NCBI GenBank assembly: GCA_951406725.2
Contig: OX597829.1
Span: forward strand, 10,602,001-10,666,000
DNA from: Octopus vulgaris
Taxonomy: Eukaryota
Direction: 5' to 3'
DNA: 64,000 bases
Each line of letters opens with the position of its first letter. Position 1 is the stretch's first letter. Position numbers and translations under genes: made by a program. Shown piece by piece: positions 48,024 through 61,283 of the stretch. The notes below the pieces were generated by a model. The model had not been told where the DNA came from. It saw only the letters and a list, made by a program, of their open reading frames with translations, and searched no databases.

Positions 48024-50000
48024 AATGGATACTCAAGGCCCTTGAGATATACAAGATCTCCCCTGTCGTCTCAAAATTCTTAGAGAATAGCATGACCATG
48101 TGGAACACACGTCTCTTTCTAAGCCATAGTAATGGGATGAACCAGTCCAACAGCATCAACATCAAACGAGGCATCTTTCAAGGTGACTCCCTCTCTCCAT
48201 TACTTTTTTGCATGGCACTGATCCCACTCTCAAACGAATTGGATAGTGCCAGATATGGGTACAAAGTTTTTAGCAAGTTAATAAACCACCTTTTTTATAT
48301 GGACGATCTAAAGCTGTTTGCCAAGAATGACCAAGAGCTAGAAGGGCTGCTAACAACTGTTAAAGAGTTTAGCAATGATATCGGAATGGATTTTGGCCTT
48401 GATAAGTGTGCTAAAGCAACTTTTGTAAGAGGCAAGCTCAGGCAAACAGCTTCTGTTAAATTAGATATTGACACTACCATCAAGGAACTTGACCCACAAG
48501 AAAGCTACAAATACCTAGGAATCAACGAAGGAGATGATATACATCATGCTACTATGAAGGAAAAAATAAGAAAGGAGTACTATAGGAGAATAAGGCTTGT
48601 ACTGAAGACTGAACTCAACTCCAAAAATTGCATTGAGGCCATTAACACCCTGGCACTTCCAGTAGTCCAGTACAGTTTTAACATCATTAACTGGAACCTT
48701 ACGGAACTCCAACGCTTGGACAGGAAGACAAGAAAGTTACTGACATCCAGGAGCATGCACCACCCTAAGGCAGATGTAGACCGCTTGTACCTACCTAGAA
48801 GCAGCGGGGGAGAGGAATGATGTAATTGGAGCTGTGCTATAAGACCTCTACTGTAGGAATGAACAGGTACCTATCTAGTACAAAAGACTGGATGCTGCGA
48901 CTTGTGTGTGAACACGAAAGCAGCAAAAAGCTGCATTCTATTGTCAAGGAAGCTTATAAGTTCGAAAGGGAACTAGGCATTAACCTTGAATCAGGTGAAG
49001 AGCCAGAAACCACTGCTACCAAGCAAGCAAAGCGAATCAGGCAGACTGCAAAAAAGAATGGGCAGAATCAAATTGAGAGGCGGTGGAGCCAGAAACCCCT
49101 GCATGGACAATACATTCTCCGAAGCCAAAATGCTGATGTAGACCAAGCAACAACCCATCAGTGGCTGAAGAGTTCTGGATTGAAAGCAGAGACTGAAGGC
49201 TTCATAATGGCAGCACAAGATCAAAGCTTGTTTACCAGAAATTACCAGGCTAACGTTCTCCGAAACGGTACTGACCCTAAATGCAGATTCTGTGACACAT
49301 TTGACGAAACAATAGACCATCTCGTTTCGGGATGTCCTGTGCTGACACCAAACGAATACAAAAATCGCCACGATAGGGTAGGACAGTATATACATTGGAA
49401 GATATGTAAACACTACAAATCCGACACTCCTGCTAACTGGTATGAACACCATCCTCAGCCAGTTGTTGAAGGTAAAGATGTCACCATCCTCTGGGATTTT
49501 CCAGTCAACACTGACAGAACGATCAAGGCTAATCGACCAGACATAATTGTTAAAGACAGGGAAGAAAATACCTGCAGACTAATAGAAGTAAGCGTCCCCA
49601 CTGATAAAAATGTATCTGTCAAGGAATTTGACAAACTTAGTAAATATAAGGACCTGGAAATCGAAATACAGAGGATGTGGAATCTTAAAACAAAAACTGT
49701 TCCTGTTATTGTAGGTGCCCTAGGTATGATAAAAAAGGGATGTCAGAAACACCTAGACAATATCCCTGGAAAACCATGTCTCAAGGAAATCCAAAAGATT
49801 GTGCTAACAAGTACTGCCCACATCCTTAGAAAAACCCTATCAATGTAAATGTTTGTGTTTGTATTACATGGAGATATTTCTCTACTTCCCCTCCCCAAGC
49901 TTTCAGCTATATTTCAACAACTCTTAACCTTCACTTGCCCTAGGGCGCTGGGTGTGCCCCGGCAGGTGATTGCATCAAACATGCAGATTAAAAGTAAATG
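48024..50000 (+). mobile_element. R4/Dong-like LINE with restriction-like endonuclease, 5'-truncated, one frameshift
   Basis: GIFQGDSLSPLLF and HLFYMDDLK (RT); CRFC...HLVSGC knuckle; RHD; NRPDII...EVSVP...KLSKYKDL (REL domain). (AAT)n on both sides. Confidence 0.92.
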
Positions 50001-50022
50001 ACAATGATAATAATAATAATAC

Positions 50023-51064
50023 TAGAAATATTAAAATTACTAAGTCTCTATAAAAGAGATTACAGCAGCGTTTACTGGAAATTAATTGTTATCGCCATAT
50101 TAATGGCATTCTTATAGATATAAGAATAATCGCTGCCACTGGTCAGCTCCATGAGGCCACCGCCATCAAGATAGCTATTGATACACGATCTGTATCCATT
50201 ATAACCTTCGAACAAGGGAGGTCAGCCGCTTCACACTGCCAGTCCGACAGCTACAGACGCGTTTCGGGGTATTGCCCCTTGTCAATGTAGCGCAGTCATA
50301 TATATGCACACATGTATGATGTGTATGTAAGCATGTAAATGCATGGTTGTGCTCAAGTATGGGCGTACATTGCTTGATGTGAGATTGTTATGCGTTGGTA
50401 ACAGGGGCGGTATCGACGTCGATCATATTCGTATTGCCCCTTGTCAATGTAGCGCAGTCATATATATGCACACATGTATGATGTGTATGTAAGCATTATA
50501 ACCTTTGAACAAGGGAGGTCAGCCGCTTCACACTGCCAGTCCGACAGCTACAGACGCGTTTCGGGGTATTGCCCCTTGTCAATGTAGCGCAGTCAGACCC
50601 GCAGGTGTCGCCACTGACGTCTCTGTTCGAAGGTTTCTATTTACCTAGTTTCAGTGGAATACATCCACTTGTTTTCAATAATAGAAATATTAAAATTACT
50701 AAGTCCCTAAAAAAGAGATTACGGCAGCGTTTACTGGAAATTAATTGTTATCGCCATATTAATATGGCATTCTTATAGATATAAGAATAATCGCTGCCGC
50801 TGGTTAGCTCCATGAGGCCACCGCCATCAAGATAGCTATTGATACACGATCTGTATCCATTATAACCTTCGAACAAGGGAGGTCAGCCGCTTCACACTGC
50901 CAGTCCGACAGCTACAGACGCGTTTCGTGGTATTGCCCCTTGTCAATGTAGCGCAGTCAGACCCGCAGGTGTCGCCACTGACGTCTCTGTTCGAAGGTTT
51001 CTATTTACCTAGTTTCAGTGGAATACATCCACTTGTTTTCAATAATAGAAATATTAAAATTACT
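50023..51064 (-). mobile_element. Retrozyme-like tandem array, 364-nt unit, with U3-A8 hammerheads at 50250-50291, 50547-50588 and 50911-50952
   Basis: Minus strand GCUACA-UUGACAA-GGGG-CAAUA-CCCC-GAAAC-GC-GUC-UGUAGC. The last two HHRs are 364 nt apart. Confidence 0.88.
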
Positions 51065-51107
51065 AATAATAATAATAATAATACTGATGATGATAATAAT
51101 AATAATA

Positions 51108-51234
51108 CGCGCACATATGGTTGTGATGCATGTGCCTGGTGTACCCTTATCAGACGGGTAGTCATGATGGGTATATTGAGCTTCGTATATTTTACTCCAG
51201 TGTCACTTTGATGGCATGCACTGCTCTCTCACTC

Positions 51235-51292
<58 letters not shown>

Positions 51293-51760
51293 TTGTTTTT
51301 TCTTGGCATAAAAGATGGTCTACAGCAAATATTCTGCTTAATACCACAGATTTGCTTGTCAGTTGTTTGGCCTTAACCACTTGAGCATGTCCCTTGGTGG
51401 CTGACGATATGTGCATCTCAGATCATGAGCAGAAGTAGTGGGGGAGCATCATAGCCGTGTGTTGAAGGAATTCTTAGAGGTTTGGATAATTCACATTTGG
51501 AAACATTGGTGGTTCATCCAACATCCTTAAACAATTCTTATTGAGGGACCTTTTGAGCGGGATGGGCTACTCGACCTGAAGAAAATTCTAACTGGGCTTC
51601 TTCTGCAAGGTCACGTGCGTTAACCTTGATATGAGGTCACCATGTCGCGCATATATAGTTGTGATGCATGTGTCTGGTGTACCCTCATCATGATGGATAT
51701 ACTGGGCTTCGTATATTTTACCTCAGTCTCACTTTGATGGCATGCACTGCTCTCTCACTC
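51108..51760 (+). mobile_element. Two 5'-truncated copies of the 555-bp (AAT)n-associated element
   Basis: 51108-51234 and 51292-51760 match the 3' part of 21134-21689. Confidence 0.8.
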
Positions 51761-53025
51761 AATAATGATGAGGATGATGATGATAATGGTAAGAATAAAT
51801 CAAGACGACCCCTGAAAATCTATGCTTAAATCTATTCAAAACAAGCAAGGGAAACAATCTTAAAAAGTCTTAAAAAGAATCGAAATATTCTGGAAACTCC
51901 CAAATCTCAGTCTGTTTATCTCTTTCACTCTCTCGCTTCCTTACTCCCTCTCTCCTTCACCGTCTCTTTTTTCTTCTCTTCTCCTTTCTTTCTCTCGGAT
52001 TAATTTTTTTCTTCCGTATATTCAACATGCCTTCAATAATGATTCGTTCGAAATTTCTGATTTCGTTTTGAAATAGTCAATCTCTTTCTCTTTCACTCTA
52101 CAATTTTATATGAGTTTATTTCAACTTATTTGTTTTGATACCTTTTAGTTTTTATTTATTTTCAATCTAGAAGAAATTTTAGAGCTTGCATTCATGATGA
52201 AAGTTCAGAATATGGGGACGTCAAACTGGTGAAAGAATACGCCTAGTGTCTCTTTAAAAATCTCTCCCTAGTTTAACTTTAAATGGCATTCACAGTGACG
52301 ATCCTTTCAATGCTAGAGGATCTATGAAGACTACAAGTACAGTGTCCTTCCCTATATTACCGAGGCCACACAAAGAATAATTTATTTGTTTATTTTTAGT
52401 TTCAACAAGTATATGAAGTGATATTAACCTCATCTAAGTAACCAATCCCAGCCTGCTTTCTATAATTTAGCTAAAGGTCAAGCAAACAATCTCAGCTAAT
52501 TAAAAAATAACAATTATCAAATACGATCAAAACCGCACTTATTCGCTCGTTTCATCAAATTGCTTTTATTTATCTCTCTGTATTGAATTTTTATCAAAAC
52601 CATAAAAGTAATTTCAATTTTACCGTCACTATTCTTTAAAAGACGTTTTCGTTGATGATTGTGATTCAATGTAAACATGTTGGCAGCGTCTAATTAACCT
52701 TGCTTTCTGAAGAAACGTGAATGTAGGAAAAAAATGATAACTTGCATGTATATATGTATATATATTTATGTACAAACGTATACAGAAAGATATCCACGCA
52801 TGTGCACAAAATACAAAGCTCTGTTTGTGAGTTCGTACGCGTGTGCGTGTGTGTATGTGTGTGTGTAATATATATTAATATGTATAAACATACAAACATA
52901 TATAGAACGAGGAAGAGAGAGGATGAACAGACAGATTCATGCATACATGCATATATGCATGCATGCACATATACATACATGCATACATGCATGCATACAT
53001 ACATAGACTATCAGAGAGACAGACT

Positions 53026-53165
<140 letters not shown>

Positions 53166-53190
53166 TAGATATAGATAGGTAGATAGATAA

Positions 53191-55931
53191 GTTTCTTTAT
53201 TGGCCACACAGGGCTGCACACAGATGGGACAAGTTACAAGGTAGAGCTTTTCTTTTGGGAATGAAAAAAAAACAAAAAACAAAAAACAAAAGAAACAAAA
53301 AAAAGGTGGCGTAGGTTTTCGATCAAAAGGGATCGTAAAAGGGAAAAAAACAAAGAAGAAAAAAAAGAAAAAAGGAAAAAGAACAAAAGAAAAGAGAAAT
53401 GGAAAAAAGGAGAAAAATGGGGAAGAGGGAAAAAACGATGAATAGGGATCGTGTATCATAGTGTTATGATGTATGGTGTAAAGGGGAAAGCAAGTAAGGT
53501 TTATCCGTAGGAAGAAAAGCTTACGAAAAAGACCACGGTAACCTTGGTCAATATTGTTATATGTTACCACATTTGTTTGCAAGTAGGTAACCCTCTGTTT
53601 TCAATTTCTGGGTTCATAGGATTATGCTCAAGGTCGCTTCGTCATTCATACGTGCCATCCTTGCTACATTCACCCATCTTTTTTTTAAACATTCGCTAGA
53701 CAAAACTTGCCTCTCTATTCTCACTTTCCTTTTCAAGTGGTACTTGAAGAAGTTGATGAGAGATTGACCAGAGAGAAAAGTGTTTGTCTCCAATCCTTTT
53801 GGACGCGTCCACCAGATACATTCTTTCGCCATAGCCACAAGGATGATGAAAATAGCTCTTCCTTCCCGTTTAAAAGAAGGAGGCGTGACAATATTGACGA
53901 TAGACTCAGCTGATAAACCGACTCGTCCCACACGTGACAGCAGTTGTTCGACATAAGCCCACAGGTCGGAAATTGTTGGACACTGCACGAGTACGTGCAG
54001 AACGGTTTCGTCGCTCTGATCGCATCTCGGGCAGGTCGGCCCCGTGTTTCTCGAGCCGTGTCTGTAGAGCTTATCCCGAACGGGTAGCGCTTCTCGGTAG
54101 CACCGCCAGGCCAGGGATCTCTGGAAGTGGTCCATGGGCCCTGGCCCGAAAGTCGTCCCGAACAGGCGGGTCAGGTACTCCTTGTCGACGTCCAAATTCG
54201 CCCCGAGCTCGTCGTCGTACCTCCCCTCCACTAATCCCCTATAGAATGCTTTGGTTGTGATGAAGTCACTCAAGGTCGACCCAGGACGGCAGAGTTGCTT
54301 GAGAGCAACGCGACACTCGCGGTGCCATTCGCCCTTCCTCGGCCTCTTTTTGATCCACGACTGCAGTTCGGTCATGGAAACAAGCTGCGGGAACGCGTGC
54401 CTTACAAACGGCGACCACACCTGTTCACCGTCGTCTACGAAGAGCCTGAGATGTCGCAGTCTCAGCGCGTGTCTGCGCATCATCAACCACGGCATGCCAA
54501 GCCCTCGTTTTAACGGGTGTTGGCAGCAAATGGATCGCCTGACCATCGGTACGCATCCTTTCCACAAGAAGCGGAAGAAAATGCGTTCTAGTTTGGTGAT
54601 GGTAGGGTCGGGAAAAGGCACGACTGTCAGGCGGTAGTAGATGACGGACGCGATGTACGTGTTCGCCACCTCCACCCGACCTTTTAGAGACAGTTTCCTC
54701 TCGGCCCATTGCCGGGCGAGAGTGACCACCCAACTTGTTATCTCGTTACAGTTCTTCTCCACTTGGAGGTCCGAACCGAACCAGACCCCGAGCAACTCGA
54801 CCGGGCCCTCCGTCCAGCGTCCCACGACGGAGGTACTGGTGGACGGCATGGGCTTGCTTCTCCAGGTGCCTAGTCGCAAGCCCACTGACTTTTCCCGGTT
54901 GATTTTCGCTCCTGTCACCGCTTCGTAGATTTTCAGTGGCTCGCCGACCTGCTCGATGTGCTCGTGGCTAGACACTATGACGGTGACGTCGTCCGCGTAT
55001 GCAGACACGCACGTCCCGCATCCCAGTTCTCGCGGGATGCCCCTCAAAGTTGCTAGCTTCCGCAATAATGGCTCGAGAGTCAATACGTATAGAAGCGACG
55101 AGAGGGGGCATCCCTGACGGACCGAACGTGCGATGTCGAAAGGTCTCGATAGATGTCCATTTACGCGAATTACCGAACTGATACCTCTGAACAAAGCGGC
55201 TATCCAGCAGCGGAAGACCGGACCGAAGCCAGTCGCTCTGAGGACTGCCTCCAAGTTCGATGGTCTACCCTATCGAAAGTTTTCGATTGATCCAAATTGA
55301 TCAGTGCCCCACCCATGCCAGGTTCCTTAACTACTCTGTCTATGATGTAGCGCATCAGGTGAAGGTTGTCATGGATGGTCCGGCCCAGCACGGCGCACGT
55401 TTGCGCCTTGTCGACCAGTTTCTCGATGACAAGCGCCAACCTCTTGGCTAGCACCTTGGCCAAAATTTTCAAGTCTGCATTAAGCAGAGTGATGGGCCTA
55501 AAGTTATCTATTACATTTCCCTTGTTTAGATCTTTCTTCAGCAGTGTTACGGCTCCTCGGCTCACAAAACCAGGAATGCTCCCGTTTTGCTGCCAGTTGC
55601 AGTATACCGCTGCCAAGACATCTCCAAACAAGTCTGGCATACAACTGTAAAGCTCGTAGGGTAGACCATCCAAACCCGGCGATTTGTCCCTCGAGCATTC
55701 TGCCATCGCGTCCCGCACTTCCGCCGCCGTGATGGCACCTTCGCAGCACCCTGCCCCTCTTGTTGTGAGTACTGGTAGGCTGTGTAGGTATGCACTGAAG
55801 TCCACCCTACGTTCTTGCCCGCCACTCATCCCGAACAGTCGGGCAAAATGCTGTTGAAAGGCCTCACACACTTTACTTGGCTCGATCAATTCGCGCCCCT
55901 GTTCATCTACCAGAGACCGAATGGTGGCTTT
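53191..55931 (-). mobile_element. Tx1 family A LINE copy 3 (5'-truncated, best preserved)
   Basis: 546-aa ORF with QGCPLSSLLY, SAYADD and CPRC...H...C. One frameshift at about 55256. (GATA)n at both junctions. Confidence 0.93.
53614..55254 (-). pseudogene. LINE ORF2 reverse transcriptase C-terminal half and zinc knuckle
   Basis: RT motifs QGCPLS and YADD, and a CCHC-like CPRCDQSDETVLHVLVQC. Confidence 0.9.
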
Positions 55932-55951
55932 AGATATAGATATAGATATAC

Positions 55952-56115
<164 letters not shown>

Positions 56116-56116
56116 G

Positions 56117-56182
<66 letters not shown>

Positions 56183-56264
56183 AAGATAGATAGATAGATA
56201 TAGATATAAATATACAGATAGAGAGATAGATAGATAGATATAGATATAGATATACATATATATT

Positions 56265-56346
<82 letters not shown>

Positions 56347-56420
56347 CTGATAGATAGACAGACAGACAGATAGATAGACAGATAGATGGATGGTTGGATG
56401 GATGGATGGATAGATAGATA

Positions 56421-59280
56421 TGTTTCTTTATTAGCCACACAGGGCTGCACACAGACGGGACAAAATTACAAGGTAAAGCTTTTCTTCTGGGGGTAAAAGA
56501 AGGGGGTTTGGTTTTCGTTCAAAAGGAATCGTAAATGGAAGGAAAGAGGACAACAAAGGGGGAGATAAAATAAAATTTTTAAAAAAAATTCGAGGTGAGG
56601 AAAAAAAAGGGAAAGGAAAAAAATTGATCAATAGGGATCGTTATCACAGAAATGTCAATATGAAGTGTAAGGGGAAGGACAGGTGAAGTTTACCCGTGGA
56701 AAGAAAAGCCTACGGAAAAGACCACGGTAACCTCGGTCAATGAAGTCACATGTTATATTTCTTTTTTTTTTTGCAAATAAGCAACTCTCTGTATTAATTT
56801 TTACGGTTCATAGAATCATAGTCAAGGTGGCTTCGTCATTCATACGTGCCATCCTTGCTACATTCACCCATCTTTTTTTAAAACATTCACTAGACAAAAC
56901 TTGCCTCTACTCTCGCTTTCCTCTTCAAGTGATACTTGAAGAAGTTGATGAGAGATTGACCAGAGAGGAAAGTGTTTGTCTCTAATCCTTTCAGGCGCGT
57001 CCACCAGATACATTCTTTCGCCATAGCCACAAGGATGATGAAAATAGCTCTTCCTTCCCGTTTGAAGGAAGAAGGCGTGACAATATTAACGATAGACTCA
57101 GCTGATAAACCGACTCGTCCCACACGTGACAGCAGTTGTTCGACATAAGCCCACAGGTAGGAGATTGTTGGACACTGCACGATTGCGTGCAGAGCGGTTT
57201 CGTCGCTCTGCCCGCATCTCGGGCAGGACGGCCCCGTGTTTCTCGAGCCATGCCAATAGAGCTTATCCTGAACGGGTAGCGCTTCTCGGTAGCACCGCCA
57301 GGCCAGGGATCTCTGGAAGTTGTCCATGGGTCCAGGCCAGAAAGTCGTTTCAAACAGGCGGGTCAGGTATTCCTCATCGACGCCCAGGTTTGCCCCAAGA
57401 TCGTCGTCGTACCTCCCTTCCACTAATCCCCTATAGTTTCCTCACGGCCCATTGCTGGGCGAGAGTGACCACCCTACACGTTATCTCGTTCCAGTTCTTC
57501 TCCATTTGGAGGACCGGACCGAACCAGACCCCGAGCAACTCAACCGGGCCGTCCGTCCAGCGTCCCACTAGTACTGGTGGACGGCATGGGCTTGCTTCTC
57601 CAGGTGCCGAGCCACAAGCCCACTGACTTTTCCCGGTTGATTTTTGCTCCTGTCACCACTTCGTAGTCTTTCAGTGTCTCGCCGACCAGCTCGATGTGCT
57701 CGTGGCTAGACACTATGAGGGTGACGTCGTCCGCGTATGCAGACACGCTCGTCCCGCATCCCAATTCTCGCGGGATGCCCCTCAGAGTCGCCAGCTTCCG
57801 CAGTAGTGGCTCGAGAGTCAATACGTATAGTAGCGCCGAGAGGGGGCATCCCTGACGGACCGAACGTGCAGGGTCGAAAGGTCTCGATAGATGTCCATTT
57901 ACGCGAATTGCCGAACAGATGCCTCTGTACAAGGCAGCTATCCAGCCGCGGAAGACCGGACCGACACCAGCTGCTCTTAGGACTGCCTCCAAGTATCGAT
58001 GGTCTACCCCATCGAAGGCTTTCGATTGATCCAAATTGATCAGGGCCCCACCCATGCCAGGTTCCTTAACTACTCTGTCTCTGATGTAGCGCATCAGATG
58101 GAGGTTGTCATGGATGCTCCGGCCCGGCACGGCGCACGTTTGTGCGTTGTCGACCAGTTTCTCGATGACAAGCGCCAACCTCTTGGCTAACACCTTTGTC
58201 AAAATTTTCAAGTCTGCATTGAGCAGGGTGATTGGTCTAAAGTTATCTATAATGTTCCCCTTGTTTGGATCTTTCCTCAGCAGCGTTACGGCTCCTCGAC
58301 TCACAAAACCGGGTATGCTCCCGTTTTGCTGCCAGTTGCAGTATACCGCTGCCAAGAGATCTCCAAACAAGTCTGGCATACATTTGTAAAACTCGTAGGG
58401 TAGACCATGCAAACCCGGCGATTTGTCCCTCGAGCATTCTGCCATCGCGTCCCGCACATCCGCCGCCGTGATGGCACCTTTGCAGCACTCTGCCTCTCTT
58501 GCCGAGAGACGTGGTAGGCTGTGTAGGTAGGCACTGAAGTCCACCCTGCGTTCACGCTCACCACTCGTCCCGTACAGTCGGGGAAAGTGCCGCTGAAATG
58601 TCTTGCACATCTTGCTAGGCTCGAGCAATTCGCGCCGTTGTTCATCTACCAGAGACCGAATGGTGGCTTTGTTGCCCTGCTACACCTCCGCCACCCGGGC
58701 CTCCCTCACGGCTCCAACACCTTCCATCCTTAGAGCACGCATACTAGCCCTTCGTCGGATGTGATGCCGCTTCTTATTGCCTCTTCTAACTTCTTAACTA
58801 ACTCACCCTCTACCCTATTTCTATCTACGGCTAGTGCCTTGCTATATCTAATTGCTTCCGCTTTTACTGCTCTCTTGAGGGCGAACCACCATTTGTTGTT
58901 GACAATGGCTCCCGTTAAAGCCTTTTTTACTAACGCGTTGATTCTGTCCCTGAAAACTTGTCTGGACGGGAATGATGCGTTCAGTTTCCAGTAACCAGGG
59001 CCCTGTCTATGTGCCTTATCTAAGTCTAGAGTACACATCACGAATTTGTGATCCGTGTAACTGACTGTGTGGAATTGTGGACATCCTAAGCTATCCCTGT
59101 CTACTGTCCTACACAGTATCTTATCTAGGTACGATCTCGACGACCCACTGCAGTTGCTCCATGTCCACGTTGGTGCATTTGGGTGGTCGAGTCGGTACCT
59201 ATCAGACAGTTGGAATCGTCTGAGCAGGTCTCTGAGGCATTTGCATCCCCTTCTGTTTTTGTCTCTCCCCACATAGTCTA
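56421..59280 (-). mobile_element. Tx1 family A LINE copy 4 (includes APE endonuclease C-terminus; internal deletions)
   Basis: TWTWSN...SYLDKI...SYTDHKFV...GPGYWKLN (APE) and RT ORF 57540-58628. Deletions at about 57435 and 58750. (GATA)n at both ends. Confidence 0.92.
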
Positions 59281-59284
59281 GATG

Positions 59285-59365
<81 letters not shown>

Positions 59366-60099
59366 ACAGACAGACAAACAGACAGACGGGCGGACGGGCG
59401 GACAGGCGGGTGGGTGGACGGATGGATGGATGGACAGACAGACTGACAAATAAAGAGAGCGAGAGACATGTATGCATCTTCACACGTAGTGATATATAGA
59501 TACATATGCATATATACTCATTACTAATTTTTCAATCTTTGATCGCATTGTTTACGTAGATTTATTCGTAATAGAAACGTCGTAACTTTCAGTGGTGACT
59601 GTAAATATTGAATGAAATCAACGAACAGCTAACGCAAAAATTAGGATAGTTTCGGGGTCAATGAAATAAGTACCAGTCGAACACTGGGGTCGATGTGATC
59701 GACTTACTCCCGCCCACGAAATTGCTGGCCTTGTGCTAAAAATTTGAAATCAGTTTATAAATATCAGACAAATATACCTCAAAACATACAAATCATACAA
59801 TGCAGGAAATATCTTTTATATGTGTGTTTATATGTAAATATACGCACACCTACCCCCCCCACACACACACACATGCACACTCATATGTATATTAAAAACA
59901 CATACACATACACACACGCATATACACACATACATACATGGTCAAATTGAATCCTTTGTAGAATACATTACCTGATGCGTATGATTGTATGATTTTAGGT
60001 ATATTTGCCTATATTTGTCTTGTATTTATCACAAGTCAAGCTACGATAGCTTGATATATATATATTACTTTCTAACATTGGAGCAATACCAACATATCT

Positions 60100-60146
<47 letters not shown>

Positions 60147-60149
<3 letters not shown>

Positions 60150-60325
60150 GAGATTTACACAAAAACAAAAGATGACGACAGATATATGAACAACAAGTAG
60201 CTGTATTAGTTAGACGCTCGGGAAAGCGGGAAAGTCTTTTACATTTTGAGCCTACACTCTTCAACAGAAAGGATTAAGAGAAAACAAACAGTTAGAGAAA
60301 AAATTTTGTGGATTTAGCGATCAAG
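60147..60325 (-). mobile_element. Decayed A6U-hammerhead repeat copy (HHR relic 60235-60272)
   Basis: Same family. GAAACGUA has decayed to AAAAUGUA by CpG-type changes. Confidence 0.65.
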
Positions 60326-60863
60326 CTTTACAACTGGTTGGTGGGGGGATGGTTTGATAGGAGAGGTAGAAGGAAGGGGAAATAATAAAGTATTAGTGAT
60401 CCCAAAACGAAGGTGCGCGTGTGTATGTAAGAATGTGTAAGTGTGGGAGTCTGTGGATAGGGGCTAGTGACTACTCATGACTATGACATTTAGATGTGTG
60501 CGTGAGTGTGTGCGTCTGTAATGTATGGCTGTGCAGATGAAGGTGTATGGTGTGGGTACTGAGAAGTGGTCAGTGCTATTGTGTGTGGAGTGTTGTGGAG
60601 TGGGGTGGTGTGGTGGTGCGTATATGAAAGATCCAGGGAACGAGGTGTAGGAAGAAAATTAGCTTCAAGCAATCTGTATTAAAAATTAAAAAAAAAATTT
60701 TCAGGTGACAATGGTGGTTTATTGAGACAGAAAGATGTGGAATTTTTCTTATTGAAGTCCATTAAATTGAAAATATTCTTTTCATATTTCATGGTAGGCG
60801 ATAAGGGTTGCCAGGTATGCGAATAAGATTAGAAGAGTTAAGAAACGGAGTAGATAAGATATG

Positions 60864-60949
60864 GGCTATATATATGTTTCATACCAAGTGGAACCTCAGA
60901 AATTGTAAATATCCAAGTGAGGTGTATGTCGCAGGCTACTCTTCAGGCC
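60864..60949 (-). ncRNA. Hammerhead relic with a long stem II
   Basis: GGC-CUGAAGA-GUAGCC...ACCUCA/UGAGGU...GGUAU-GAAAC-AUAUAU-AUA-GCC, with a C15.2/A16.2 mismatch. Confidence 0.55.
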
Positions 60950-61242
60950 AAATATATTTTGATTAAATGAAAGTTTATATTGTCTCAAGGAGGTACATGT
61001 TAATGCATGGAAGACAACTCTTATGTGTGTGTGTATGTGTGCATGTGTGCGCGCGCGCGTGTGTATTGTTTAACTCTCTGGCCGATAACTGATGAGGGCT
61101 CGGTGTGTTTTCTGTTTGCCTGTGCATTTAATAGTGTTTGTTTGTTTACTACACGTTTTTTTTTCTAAATTATATATATTTTTTGGCCTGTCGAATTCTC
61201 CGTTTGTTGTCTCCTTTTTATTTAATCCTGAATATCTATCTA

Positions 61243-61283
<41 letters not shown>

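Noticed and set aside
61085-61240. GAUAA-CUGAUGAGGG with a distant CCUGAAUAU
   Set aside because: The 3' half is incomplete and runs into microsatellite.
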